Positions 1 to 8,490 of a DNA stretch of 52,284 nt are shown piece after piece. The position numbers and the translations under genes are program-made. Under the pieces are notes generated by a model that saw only the letters and a list, made by a program, of their open reading frames with translations, had not been told where the DNA came from and made no database searches. The stretch's first letter is position 1, and every line of letters starts with the position of its first letter. The stretch is taken from positions 1-52,284 of the IMG/VR virus record IMGVR_UViG_3300029258_001145, one strand, 5' to 3'. Source of the DNA: a virus (lineage: Duplodnaviria > Caudoviricetes).

Positions 1-144
1 AGCTGCCTACAGCCCGTTGTGTCGCCGAGAAACAGGGTTCCTGAGAGCATCCACCAGCCTTCGTCTCTGACCTTCGACAGATCATGGCCCTTGGCTGGGC
101 CCCGGAACCAGTGGGCCCCAAAATCGACGCCCCTTTCGGCCAGT
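1..144. repeat. Terminal direct repeat, copy 1 (circular overlap)
   Basis: Bases 1-144 are identical to 52141-52284, and a gene reads in frame across the join. Confidence 0.97.
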
Positions 145-386
145 CCCTCGAAAAATCCCTCACAGTTCTCGTGAACGAAGGCATCTACGTCGATATATAG
201 CAGTGGGCCCGTGTGCTTCTGCCTCATCTCGCGCAGGAAAACCGGCTTGTACGCTGTGTTGTCGTACCAATCGCCCCGGCTTTCGATAGCCGTGATTTCA
301 TGTTCCATCCCGACCTGTTCAAGTGAGGCACGGAACAGTTCCGCCTCATGGGCGTAGTCCGGGGTATGAAAGGCGATGGTTAGCAT
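1..386 (-). CDS. 5' part of junction-spanning GT-A glycosyltransferase (nucleotide-diphospho-sugar transferase, GT77-like), 230 aa in total
   Basis: Manual translation from ATG 386 gives MLTIAFHTPDYAHEAELFRASLEQVG...WYDNTAYKPVFL...PLLYIDVDAFVH (DxD motif)...WWMLSGTLFLG; continues in frame into ORF 51834..52190 after circularisation (693 nt). Confidence 0.85.
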   Translation of the reverse strand, partial: MLTIAFHTPDYAHEAELFRASLEQVGMEHEITAIESRGDWYDNTAYKPVFLREMRQKHTGPLLYIDVDAFVHENCEGFFEGLAERGVDFGAHWFRGPAKGHDLSKVRDEGWWMLSGTLFLGDTTGCRQ

Positions 387-1201
387 GGAACCATGTGTTG
401 CACCGCACTCAGGACCGGCTCGGTCGAATACCACGAGTCATGCAAGAGCCGGATCGGTGAGTGTGTGTGGTTCGCTTCTCGGTAGCGTTCGATTTTGACG
501 GGCCAGTATTCCGGCTCCATCACCGTGCCGTGTTCGTCGGTCACGGGGCCCGGAGCGACAATGCCATTGGCGTGTGTAATCATCAGAAGAGGCCGACCAC
601 ACAACACGGCGAGATGCGCCAGACCCGCGTCGGTCGCCACCACCAGGTCCGCCGAGAGCATGGCCTCAATCGTCGCATCCAGGGGACGGTCATAGTCCCA
701 GGCTTTCTCACAGTCCACATCATAGGATGAATCTGGAGCCCCACCGGCAAAGACATCATATCCCTTCGCCCGGAGCCTGAGTGTTAGTTCTGGCCAGTGT
801 TCCCAGTTCTTCTCACTGCCGTATTGCCGCTTTCGGGGACAGACGACGATATCACAGGAGATGTCCTGGGTTACGTGCGGTTCGGGGATGAAACGCTTCT
901 TGGGCCATTTCGCGTCAGGTTTCACGATCTGACAACCCGGGATGTCTCGCATGGCCGCTCGTTCCATCCGTTCGACGTACTCTGCGTCTCGCGCATAGCG
1001 GTTCCGACGTTTCGAGTCGTCTTGTCGGTCAATCACAAGCCATTCTTCGGCACTCGGGTACAGTGCTTCCATACCCGGCTCGATGAACACGATCTTGCGC
1101 CCCGATACCGCATGAACGGCGGGCACATGCCACCACACGAGCATTCCAAACTCGGCGCGAAGGGCGGGGATGACGCTAGGCGGCACGGTCCACCCGTCCA
1201 C
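380..1201 (-). CDS. GT-B glycosyltransferase, GT9 (heptosyltransferase)-like
   Basis: KNWEHWPEL and ADLVVATDAGLAHLAVLCGRPLLMI match the GT9 K-x-W and D-S/T-G-x-x-H-L-A motifs. Confidence 0.75.
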   Translation of the reverse strand: MDGWTVPPSVIPALRAEFGMLVWWHVPAVHAVSGRKIVFIEPGMEALYPSAEEWLVIDRQDDSKRRNRYARDAEYVERMERAAMRDIPGCQIVKPDAKWPKKRFIPEPHVTQDISCDIVVCPRKRQYGSEKNWEHWPELTLRLRAKGYDVFAGGAPDSSYDVDCEKAWDYDRPLDATIEAMLSADLVVATDAGLAHLAVLCGRPLLMITHANGIVAPGPVTDEHGTVMEPEYWPVKIERYREANHTHSPIRLLHDSWYSTEPVLSAVQHMVPC

Positions 1202-1814
1202 AACGCTTCCAGTAGCGTTCCATATTCACCCGGTTTACACACGATCGGTGGTAGTGATCGGGACCACTCAACACCATGTTCTTGAGATCATCATACTGTT
1301 TACAGAATTTGCACGACCTCCAATCTGGGTTCCCGCAGGCATCCCGCGCCCTCTGTCGCGCATGGAGGAGGTGGTGGTAAGCATTGTCGGGACAAATCAC
1401 CAGGTTTTCGTCCCGGTTGTCCTTCCGGTCCCCATTCACATGATGAACCTGTTCGGGGAACCGGAGGGTACGCCCAAGGGCCTCCTCTGCAACCAAAATG
1501 TGTTTATGCACATAGCCGTTGCTGTGCGCCCTCGGGTGGACGGGCATCCATTCCATAATGTAACCGTTGTGCTCCACCTGCCCGACCGGCAGGCCAGACC
1601 TCTTGGCTCCGTGGCCCCTCACAAAACGCTTGGGTTCACCCTTGATCCAACCACGCGCCGCCCTCGTCTGCTCGGCGACTTGGGTTTCCTGCCCACACCC
1701 GCATTGGCAATAGCCATACGGAGTCGCCCCCCCGGCTTCAGCGGGAGTATCCGAAGCAGGCGGTGTGCTGCCAAGAACAGCACCATCGGGTCCCGGTCCA
1801 CCAGGGGGGTTCAT
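1176..1814 (-). CDS. HNH homing endonuclease with N-terminal CxCGCG zinc module
   Basis: HILVAEEALGR...VHHVNGDRKDNRDENL; YCQCGCG; start probably ATG 1814. Confidence 0.85.
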   Translation of the reverse strand: MNPPGGPGPDGAVLGSTPPASDTPAEAGGATPYGYCQCGCGQETQVAEQTRAARGWIKGEPKRFVRGHGAKRSGLPVGQVEHNGYIMEWMPVHPRAHSNGYVHKHILVAEEALGRTLRFPEQVHHVNGDRKDNRDENLVICPDNAYHHLLHARQRARDACGNPDWRSCKFCKQYDDLKNMVLSGPDHYHRSCVNRVNMERYWKRCGRVDRAA

Positions 1815-2191
1815 GCGCTCCTCCGATTCTTCCGCCTGCGGACCTCGTCGGTGTCCCACCTAACCCTCACGCCACCACTCAGGCGGTCGTACACGAAACC
1901 GTCTTTGTCGGTAACCACCTCATCGGCCGGACTCATCCGAAGAACCTCAACCCAATCATCGTCCAGGTCGTAGGCGACAACGTGTTCCAACTCCCGCCCA
2001 TGCCGAAAAATCTTGATCGGCTCGTGGCAGTTGTCGGGGTTGATCCGACAATCCAGCCGCCTGGGCACGGTGTCGTCAGAATGGAGCCATGACCGAAACC
2101 GCTCTAGCGGATTGTGGGACGCGAAGCCCGCCCAGAACCCACCGAGCGCAGACCACGAAGCCACACCCCGGACAAACTCTTTCCTGTTCAT
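1811..2191 (-). CDS. Hypothetical protein with Tat-like N-terminus
   Basis: MNRKEFVRG followed by a hydrophobic stretch; ATGA-coupled to both neighbours. Confidence 0.6.
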   Translation of the reverse strand: MNRKEFVRGVASWSALGGFWAGFASHNPLERFRSWLHSDDTVPRRLDCRINPDNCHEPIKIFRHGRELEHVVAYDLDDDWVEVLRMSPADEVVTDKDGFVYDRLSGGVRVRWDTDEVRRRKNRRSA

Positions 2192-2373
2192 GCCGCCCTC
2201 CTGACCAGTGCATCGAGTTCGGCGCCCTGTTTGTCTACCCGACCTAGCCTGCGCCAGCCACGGCCCTGGTAGACCACACCATCGGGTGTGATGCGGATAC
2301 CGCGTTTCCGCCGTGCCGCGATGTACCGCTTCGGGCGGATCTCACGCAGCTCTAGCGTTTTGCCATATGCCAT
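2188..2373 (-). CDS. Small basic protein (paralog of 6354..6542)
   Basis: SD GGGAGG before ATG 2373; RKRGIRITPDGVVYQGRGWRR. Confidence 0.65.
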   Translation of the reverse strand: MAYGKTLELREIRPKRYIAARRKRGIRITPDGVVYQGRGWRRLGRVDKQGAELDALVRRAA

Positions 2374-2977
2374 CCTGTGCCTCCCAGTGTTGACGTGCCC
2401 AGTTGTTTGGGGGCAGGTCTGAAAGTCTCGGTTTTCCATGGAAACAGACGACGGAATAACCCCTTGCGCCGTCTGCTAGATGATGGGCCTTGTACGATCC
2501 GATCAGGCCCGGGTAATAGACCTGTAGCCTGTCTGCCGTACTGAAGAGCGGGTCCAGGTAACGGTCACTACGCCCCTCAAATGGCGGCGGGTTGTTCTGT
2601 ATCCAGGCCCAGATGTTGCGTGTTGTCGAGCCGTCCCAAGCCAGGACACCCGTTGCCGTCAGGCTCGGGTGGAAAAAGTCGTCAATGCCCGCCAGATTGC
2701 CGTTGTAGTCGAACAAACATGAGGCGTCTCGGACAATGAGCGTGTCCAGATCGAAGAACACATTGCGACCCGTCAGGATGTCCGGTCTCCAGAGTTCGAG
2801 CTTCGACCAGAAACCGGGCCAGTCGTTCTCTAGCGGGATCGTCTCACAATCCAACTCAAGATCCGTCAGGCAGACGAAGTTGTGGGCGGGCAGGTAGCGG
2901 CTACACTGTGTCTGGAGTCGGTAGACCCATTCGGGGGTGAAGACACCACCAGACTTGAGCACACACGCGACGGTCAC
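2342..2977 (-). CDS. GT-A glycosyltransferase (GT8-like phage type)
   Basis: VACVLKSGG..YRL, FVCLTD, WPGFWSKLEL, FFDLDTLIV (DxD), VCFHGKP; GTG start 2977 overlaps the upstream TGA. Confidence 0.8.
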   Translation of the reverse strand: MTVACVLKSGGVFTPEWVYRLQTQCSRYLPAHNFVCLTDLELDCETIPLENDWPGFWSKLELWRPDILTGRNVFFDLDTLIVRDASCLFDYNGNLAGIDDFFHPSLTATGVLAWDGSTTRNIWAWIQNNPPPFEGRSDRYLDPLFSTADRLQVYYPGLIGSYKAHHLADGARGYSVVCFHGKPRLSDLPPNNWARQHWEAQDGIWQNARAA

Positions 2978-3129
2978 GGGATGCCGGGACCTTCCCACCG
3001 GACCGTGGGGCGCTTGTCCTCCAGTCCAGCACGTAGGGCCTCGACAGTTTCCTTGAGGTTGTCTTTCGTCGCCTCTGCCGTGGCCTCCCAGGTCACGTTC
3101 CCAACAACGCACCTCACGGTGACAGTCAT
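2974..3129 (-). CDS. Small hypothetical protein, 51 aa (not in ORF track)
   Basis: GAGG SD, MTVTVRCVVGNVTWEATAEATKDNLKETVEALRAG..., GTGA overlap with the next gene. Confidence 0.6.
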   Translation of the reverse strand: MTVTVRCVVGNVTWEATAEATKDNLKETVEALRAGLEDKRPTVRWEGPGIP

Positions 3130-3138
3130 GACTCTACC

Positions 3139-4917
3139 TCATATACGCAGGATCGAAATGGGGTTCGGTGCAAAGGTGAAGGCGGTATGGCACGTCCCGC
3201 CGATATTTGCCACTTCACTCGTGTACGGACTTCCTGAAATCGCCGTACCATCCAGGGTGATAGCAACCGAGTCCGTACCGCCAGACGTGGGGGTGTAGGA
3301 ACAGGTGTACGTGCCGTCCCCAACATCAGTCACGGTCGGGGTTGCGGTGTTCGCTCCTGTGACGGAGACGACGACCGTACAACCGCCGACGGTCAGATTG
3401 TTGCCGAAGATGTCCTTCGATTGGATCGTGATAGATGTGACCGCGCCAACCTCGCCCTCGGCCGGGACCGTGGCCGTCGAATCGGTGGCGCTCGGGATAA
3501 ACCTCTCTAGTGCGCTCTGGATATTAGACCACTGACCGGCTGTGAGATTGGTTCCGGCTGGTTTGGCTACACAAGCACCCTCAAGGAAGCCGGAGGCACC
3601 AGATCCGCCGCCACTATACGACATAATTGTCAGATCGAGTGCGTTTGTCGTGGAAGCAACATCTGCCGTTCCGGGAGAACCGGAGCCCGTGGTGTCAATA
3701 CTTACCTCCACCTCGTCCGCAGAGGCGTCCCGCTCTAAACCAAGGCAGTATCTTTGATACAGCGTAAGCGTGCCGTAAACATCTTCTGCCGAGGTAGCCC
3801 CATCTGAACACTTAGCATGAGCCGCGTCCGCGGCCGATTTCGCCAGTACAAGTCCTGGGTTTCCTGTCGCCGAACCGGCCTTCTTTGCTACCAACGCATC
3901 AGTACCCCCCGCTTCTGCGTTTGCAAATACGGCGGCCAACACCGCATCTTCGTCCGCAAAGTCGAGATCGCTGCGGTTGGGCACCACCACATAGTGACTT
4001 CCCGCACCCTGTAGACAGTTGCGGTTGATGATGTCCATGACGAAGCCGGAGGCACTTCGGGCCGGGGTCCAGTCTTTCGAATAGGCGTCGGTATAGGCCG
4101 ACGTCATACCCGGTGTGAAGTCCGTGGTATTCGTGAAATCGGCGTAGGCCACCGTGTCTACTGAGGGGGCGCCGCCATCGGTGTAGACGTCGATACTCTT
4201 GACGTACTTGTCATCGAAATTCGATTGGGCACCGCCCAGGACGAGGTTGCCGGAGCCGTCCGTCGTCTCTTCGCCCGTCGCCGTCGAATCGTCCATGTAC
4301 GTGACGGTGTAGTCGTAGGCCGTCGAATTGGAGAGCCCGGAAACCGTCCACGCATTGTCCGCCACACCAGAGGCCCAATAGACCTGGCCAGTGACCTCGT
4401 GGCAGACCGGGTCATTGGCGGTGGCTCCTGTAGCATTGATGGTGACGGTGAGGGCTGCATGAGACTCGGTAAAACTCGTGTCGCCCACAGAGAGGCCGGA
4501 GAACTCCAGCAGCGCCACCGTGTTTACGCTCGGGGCACCGCCATCCGTGTAGACATCAATCGTCTTGACCCAGACCCCATCGAACTCTGGTTGTGTGTTC
4601 CCCAGGACAAGATTCCCGGAACCGTCCGAGTCCTCCGTGCCGGTATCCGTCGTATCGTCCGAATACGTGACCGTGAAGTCGTAGGTGGTAGAATTGGAGA
4701 GCCCGGCTATCGAAACGTTGTTGCTCGCCGCACCGGGGAAATAACAACCCACGGTCCCCGACCAGCTTTCTGCCACAATACAGCGTTTCGCACTCCCAAA
4801 ATGTCCGTGATGACCGCCGAGTTCGCCTTCCCAGAACAGGCGCGATGAATCCAGCTTGTCTACATGGAGAAAGAGCTTGCTGACCGCATCGTCGATGACT
4901 TCCGAGTAGGCGCTCAT
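3139..4917 (-). CDS. Ser/Thr/Gly-rich putative virion surface protein with internal duplication and C-terminal filamin/invasin-type Ig domain
   Basis: Two copies of GLSNST.YD.TVTY.DD.T.TG.E..DGSGNLVLG...IDVYTDGGAPSV.TVA; C-terminal VTDVGDGTYTCSYTPT...ISGSPY. Confidence 0.75.
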   Translation of the reverse strand: MSAYSEVIDDAVSKLFLHVDKLDSSRLFWEGELGGHHGHFGSAKRCIVAESWSGTVGCYFPGAASNNVSIAGLSNSTTYDFTVTYSDDTTDTGTEDSDGSGNLVLGNTQPEFDGVWVKTIDVYTDGGAPSVNTVALLEFSGLSVGDTSFTESHAALTVTINATGATANDPVCHEVTGQVYWASGVADNAWTVSGLSNSTAYDYTVTYMDDSTATGEETTDGSGNLVLGGAQSNFDDKYVKSIDVYTDGGAPSVDTVAYADFTNTTDFTPGMTSAYTDAYSKDWTPARSASGFVMDIINRNCLQGAGSHYVVVPNRSDLDFADEDAVLAAVFANAEAGGTDALVAKKAGSATGNPGLVLAKSAADAAHAKCSDGATSAEDVYGTLTLYQRYCLGLERDASADEVEVSIDTTGSGSPGTADVASTTNALDLTIMSYSGGGSGASGFLEGACVAKPAGTNLTAGQWSNIQSALERFIPSATDSTATVPAEGEVGAVTSITIQSKDIFGNNLTVGGCTVVVSVTGANTATPTVTDVGDGTYTCSYTPTSGGTDSVAITLDGTAISGSPYTSEVANIGGTCHTAFTFAPNPISILRI

Positions 4918-5468
4918 CGGATGACCTCGACTTCCTTCTCCACGACCTCTTTCTCCACCCCTTTCGGCTTGAGTACTACATCAGGACAGGTCGCTACACG
5001 GAGGTCGGCGGGAGAGCCATTGGCTTCGACGACCTTGTCCAGCATGCTTTCGCCCTCACCGACCACAACGTCTTTGGCTTCGACATTCGGAGTGGGTTGA
5101 GTCTTGTCTTTCCTGGATTTCTGTACCTCGGCAGATAGCGCCCGAACGTCAATCTGCGAGTCCTCGGTCATAGGTGTCTTTTCCACGACCTTGCCGTTTT
5201 TCAGCTTCCACGCGATGCGCCCAACAATGTCCGGTGTAATCTTCGGATGGTCGTGGATTGCCACCTCGGCCTTGTCCCGGAGCATCACCGAATACGTCGG
5301 CTGCATACCCGTCTCACCAGCGAGGGGCGGACGGAAGAACAGGTGCCAGAGTTCCGGTTCACCAACGACCGAAAGCTCGGCCTTCTCCTCTTCGGACAGG
5401 GCTTTCAGCTTCGCAACGGGATATTCGAGAGACGCCATATCACCACCCCGGATCGGTGTCATAGACAC
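4914..5468 (-). CDS. Hypothetical protein
   Basis: 184-aa ORF in the operon, ATGA overlap with the downstream gene. Confidence 0.7.
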   Translation of the reverse strand: MSMTPIRGGDMASLEYPVAKLKALSEEEKAELSVVGEPELWHLFFRPPLAGETGMQPTYSVMLRDKAEVAIHDHPKITPDIVGRIAWKLKNGKVVEKTPMTEDSQIDVRALSAEVQKSRKDKTQPTPNVEAKDVVVGEGESMLDKVVEANGSPADLRVATCPDVVLKPKGVEKEVVEKEVEVIR

Positions 5469-6354
5469 GCAGATTGTCGAGCCCTACGGTCACGTCTTCG
5501 GGGAATCCGGGATTTGACCACCCAAAGATGTAGCCGTTCTGGAAGCCGTTCCTGCTTGGATCGGGGTGGAAGAAGCCCATCGGCCCACTCACGACCTTTG
5601 CGCCGTTCCACCACATCTCGAAAAGGCCGTCGCCCCAATCGTGAGAATGGAATGTGTCTTCGGGGGCATAGGTGCCGGTCTTGAAGTGCATCCTAAGCTT
5701 ATTCCATCGGCCTTTGTCGGCATCCGTGATGCCTGGTTCCCACGGCCTTGTAACCGCTGACATGGTGGGGGTATTCACATTGCTGAAAGATGCCCGGAGC
5801 ATTACCCCTGCGGCCTGCTGGAAGGCACCGACAAAGCAGGATACCGCACCCGCAGCGCCGCCCGGATAAGATCCCGAATCCCAGATCGCAAAAAACTTGC
5901 TGTTGCCACCACTCGCGTACTGGTAATTGGCCGGAATCCACAAGTCGTATTCGATCCAGATTTCTTCGTACAGGGACCCCAACGTGAAGTTGGCCTCGGC
6001 GCTCTGGTTCGGCCCTGCGGGGAAGTGGAAGGCTAGTGCGTCGTCATCGACGTACACAGCCGATCCTCCGTGCCGTCGTGTCCACCCAGGAGACGACACG
6101 AGAGTCTGTGGCCCCGCATTGTCAAACGTGTCTTCCCAGACCAGCCCTTCGCCGGACGGCTCAGGCTCTGGGTTCGGCTCGGGCTCAGGCTCGGGCTCGG
6201 GTTCCGGTTCTGGTTCGGGCTCGGGCTCGGGTTCAGGCTCAGGTTCAGGATGCACCGGATACTCGAAGTTGATTTTCTTGAAGGCGGCAATCTCCGCTTC
6301 CGCCGCCTCAATTCCCGCTTCTTTCGCCGCGATTACTTCGTCGAAGATGGCCAT
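5440..6354 (-). CDS. Protein with N-terminal helix, (PE)n linker and C-terminal polysaccharide lyase/lectin-like beta-sandwich
   Basis: About 14 PE repeats; LVWEDTFD, EIWIEYDLWIPANY, GNSKFFAIW, DGLFEMWWNG, LDNLRV resemble jelly-roll polysaccharide lyases. Confidence 0.6.
   Translation of the reverse strand: MAIFDEVIAAKEAGIEAAEAEIAAFKKINFEYPVHPEPEPEPEPEPEPEPEPEPEPEPEPNPEPEPSGEGLVWEDTFDNAGPQTLVSSPGWTRRHGGSAVYVDDDALAFHFPAGPNQSAEANFTLGSLYEEIWIEYDLWIPANYQYASGGNSKFFAIWDSGSYPGGAAGAVSCFVGAFQQAAGVMLRASFSNVNTPTMSAVTRPWEPGITDADKGRWNKLRMHFKTGTYAPEDTFHSHDWGDGLFEMWWNGAKVVSGPMGFFHPDPSRNGFQNGYIFGWSNPGFPEDVTVGLDNLRVYDTDPGW
6157..6250 (-). repeat. 6-bp tandem coding repeat (Pro-Glu linker)
   Basis: Degenerate GAGCCC/GAACCC/GAGCCT units. 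Confidence 0.9.
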
Positions 6355-6542
6355 TATGCCGCCTTTTTCCTTTGTACCCGCCTCCAGCCACGATCCGTGG
6401 CGTGGTAGACAGTGCCGTCCACACAGATACGGAAGTCCTGTTTTCGTGCCGGGATGTGTTTGACCGGACCGAGGGCCCGTAGATCAAGAACCTGCTGTTG
6501 TTCGGGTGTCACACCCCGGCCATTCCTGCCAATCTGGGTCAC
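6354..6542 (-). CDS. Small basic protein (paralog of 2188..2373)
   Basis: AAGGAG SD and GTG 6542 overlapping the upstream TGA; RKQDFRICVDGTVYHATDRGWRR. Confidence 0.6.
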   Translation of the reverse strand: MTQIGRNGRGVTPEQQQVLDLRALGPVKHIPARKQDFRICVDGTVYHATDRGWRRVQRKKAA

Positions 6543-6997
6543 AACCACTCCTTGGTCGGTGCGCCCAACAGTTCCCTGGTCCAACCACTCATTGAGCGCA
6601 CATTCACGAGTTGGTCTTTGTTCTGCTCCCACCACCCATGATGAGAGTCCGCAGGAAGCCACCCTCCTGGCCGCCTGAGGTGCGGGCGCTTGTCCATGGG
6701 CATCCCACACAGGACAACCTTGTCCGCGAGTTTCAGCGCCTCTAGCACGGCGGCCGCGCCCGACGATCCACCACATTCAGGCGCGACAATCGCCTCGTGG
6801 TCATCGTTGCCCGTCCGGTGCGAGCGCCACCAGTCCAGCTTTTCGCCGTGCATTGTGACCCAGACGTCGATATCGTGCGGGTAGAACACGCCCGTCTCGT
6901 TCACAACCACGACCAGCCCGTCCCACGGTCCGAGATCGGCCAGCCTCATCAGGTCGTCAGCCAGACAGTCGGCCGACCCCAGGACAGCCGCCTTCAT
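6539..6997 (-). CDS. Rossmann-fold putative sugar transferase (MAF/DUF115/sialyltransferase-like)
   Basis: AAVLGSA...VVVVN...DVWVTMH...GGSSGAAAV..ALKLADKVVLCGMPMD. Confidence 0.55.
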   Translation of the reverse strand: MKAAVLGSADCLADDLMRLADLGPWDGLVVVVNETGVFYPHDIDVWVTMHGEKLDWWRSHRTGNDDHEAIVAPECGGSSGAAAVLEALKLADKVVLCGMPMDKRPHLRRPGGWLPADSHHGWWEQNKDQLVNVRSMSGWTRELLGAPTKEWL

Positions 6998-8490
6998 GCT
7001 GCCTCCCGCTCAATCGGCACAATGTTCAACATTCCATCATTCGCGATTCTCTCCCGGACCAACTCACGGTCGAAGTTTTCGGGTAGCCACTCACCGGCAA
7101 CGAGCGCATCCCAGAACGTGTCCAGGTCGAGCTTGCCCTCACTCACCAAGAGAGAGAGCGCATTGACCTGTTCGGCGGTCATCTGTTGGGCATGGAAATC
7201 GCGGTTAAGCCTAATCGTGCCGGGCTCCGCTTTCCGCAGGAGGCCCACACTCATCAACTCGGCATGGGCCCCGAGCGCATTGTTTAGACAGTTTTCTTCT
7301 GCACTAACGGCCGTCATCAACGCCGAATCAGACTCTCCCTTCCGCAGCAGGTCACTCGTAGCCGTCTGTTGGTTACTGGTCTGCGGACTGGGCCTGGCCA
7401 TCAGAAGGGAGAGACCGAGTGTGGCCATTCTCTGTTCGGTGTCTCGTAGGTCTTCGCGGGACTCACTCAGCGCCTCACCCGAATAGACAACCCACTTCAT
7501 GTCGGCATCCGAACCCGTAGCACGGAATGCCTCTGCCTCTGAGACCTTGATCTCTTCGTCGTCAGGGAAGTCTTTCAGGAACAGCAGCGGGATGTGGGCA
7601 ATGGTCCTTGACTTCTCGCGTTCACTCTTGAGTTCGAAATGGCCGATATTCTCATAGGCCAGGTCGAGGAGTGGCGGTTCGGCCTCAAAAAAGCCTGTAC
7701 GCCGGAAGTAGAACGGGAACAACGGGATGTAGCTGAGCGACACATCGCCCCAGTCCACCATCTCCCAACGCAACGGGTCAGAGCGTTCTTGCCACACCTC
7801 GAATGAGCCCGGACGAAGGACGCGGTAACGTGTCACATCCTGCTGGCCATAGGCCCCAACAGGCTCGATCTCCGATTCCTTGAATACGGCCAGCGTCAGG
7901 ACGGGTGAGCCGTTTTGAATTTCCCACTGCCAGTTGATAAGGTCTTCGAGTTGAACATGAACCCAGAATGGCCGGATGTTCCCACGCTGGAGTGCGGCCC
8001 TCGACCTACGGGCACCATCGTCCCAGACCTGCGGATAATCGACATAGACAAAGCTGATGCCGTCCAGACCACCGGCCGTAAAGACATCCTTCGCAAAGGA
8101 CGCCAGGTCCCGGCCGGCCAGGTCGATGTTCTTGGTGTGCTCCAGGATGTCAGGACTCGTCTCCTCGGACAGGATCGGGTCCTTCCGGTAGACCATGCCC
8201 GTCAGACCGTCGGCCGTGCGGCGGGTCGCATTGAAAAGCCGTGCCTTGCCCAACCGCTTTTTGTAGCTGACTTCGCTTTCACGCTTCAGTCGGGGTAGAT
8301 AGGGTTCACCCTTTGTTCGCATGTGGGCCGTACCGCGATAGACGTCACGAACGACCTGAGCAAGCTTCCACTGGTTCTTGTGGGAATCGCATTCGTAGTC
8401 CGGTCGGTCGGCTTCGCCAATATTCGAGTCGACGACTACACGGGTCGCCTGATCGGCTTGTTTGTCTCGGAGATCCTGCGAGTACGGCAT
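6994..8490 (-). CDS. Portal protein (DUF4055-like)
   Basis: Directly after terL; YLPRLKRES...YKKRLGKARLFN, NIDLAG, PPLLDLAYENIGHF. Confidence 0.9.
   Translation of the reverse strand: MPYSQDLRDKQADQATRVVVDSNIGEADRPDYECDSHKNQWKLAQVVRDVYRGTAHMRTKGEPYLPRLKRESEVSYKKRLGKARLFNATRRTADGLTGMVYRKDPILSEETSPDILEHTKNIDLAGRDLASFAKDVFTAGGLDGISFVYVDYPQVWDDGARRSRAALQRGNIRPFWVHVQLEDLINWQWEIQNGSPVLTLAVFKESEIEPVGAYGQQDVTRYRVLRPGSFEVWQERSDPLRWEMVDWGDVSLSYIPLFPFYFRRTGFFEAEPPLLDLAYENIGHFELKSEREKSRTIAHIPLLFLKDFPDDEEIKVSEAEAFRATGSDADMKWVVYSGEALSESREDLRDTEQRMATLGLSLLMARPSPQTSNQQTATSDLLRKGESDSALMTAVSAEENCLNNALGAHAELMSVGLLRKAEPGTIRLNRDFHAQQMTAEQVNALSLLVSEGKLDLDTFWDALVAGEWLPENFDRELVRERIANDGMLNIVPIEREAA

Noticed and set aside
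4140-4710. DGR template/variable repeat pair
   Set aside because: Both copies are in frame in one gene, differences are not adenine-specific, and no reverse transcriptase is present
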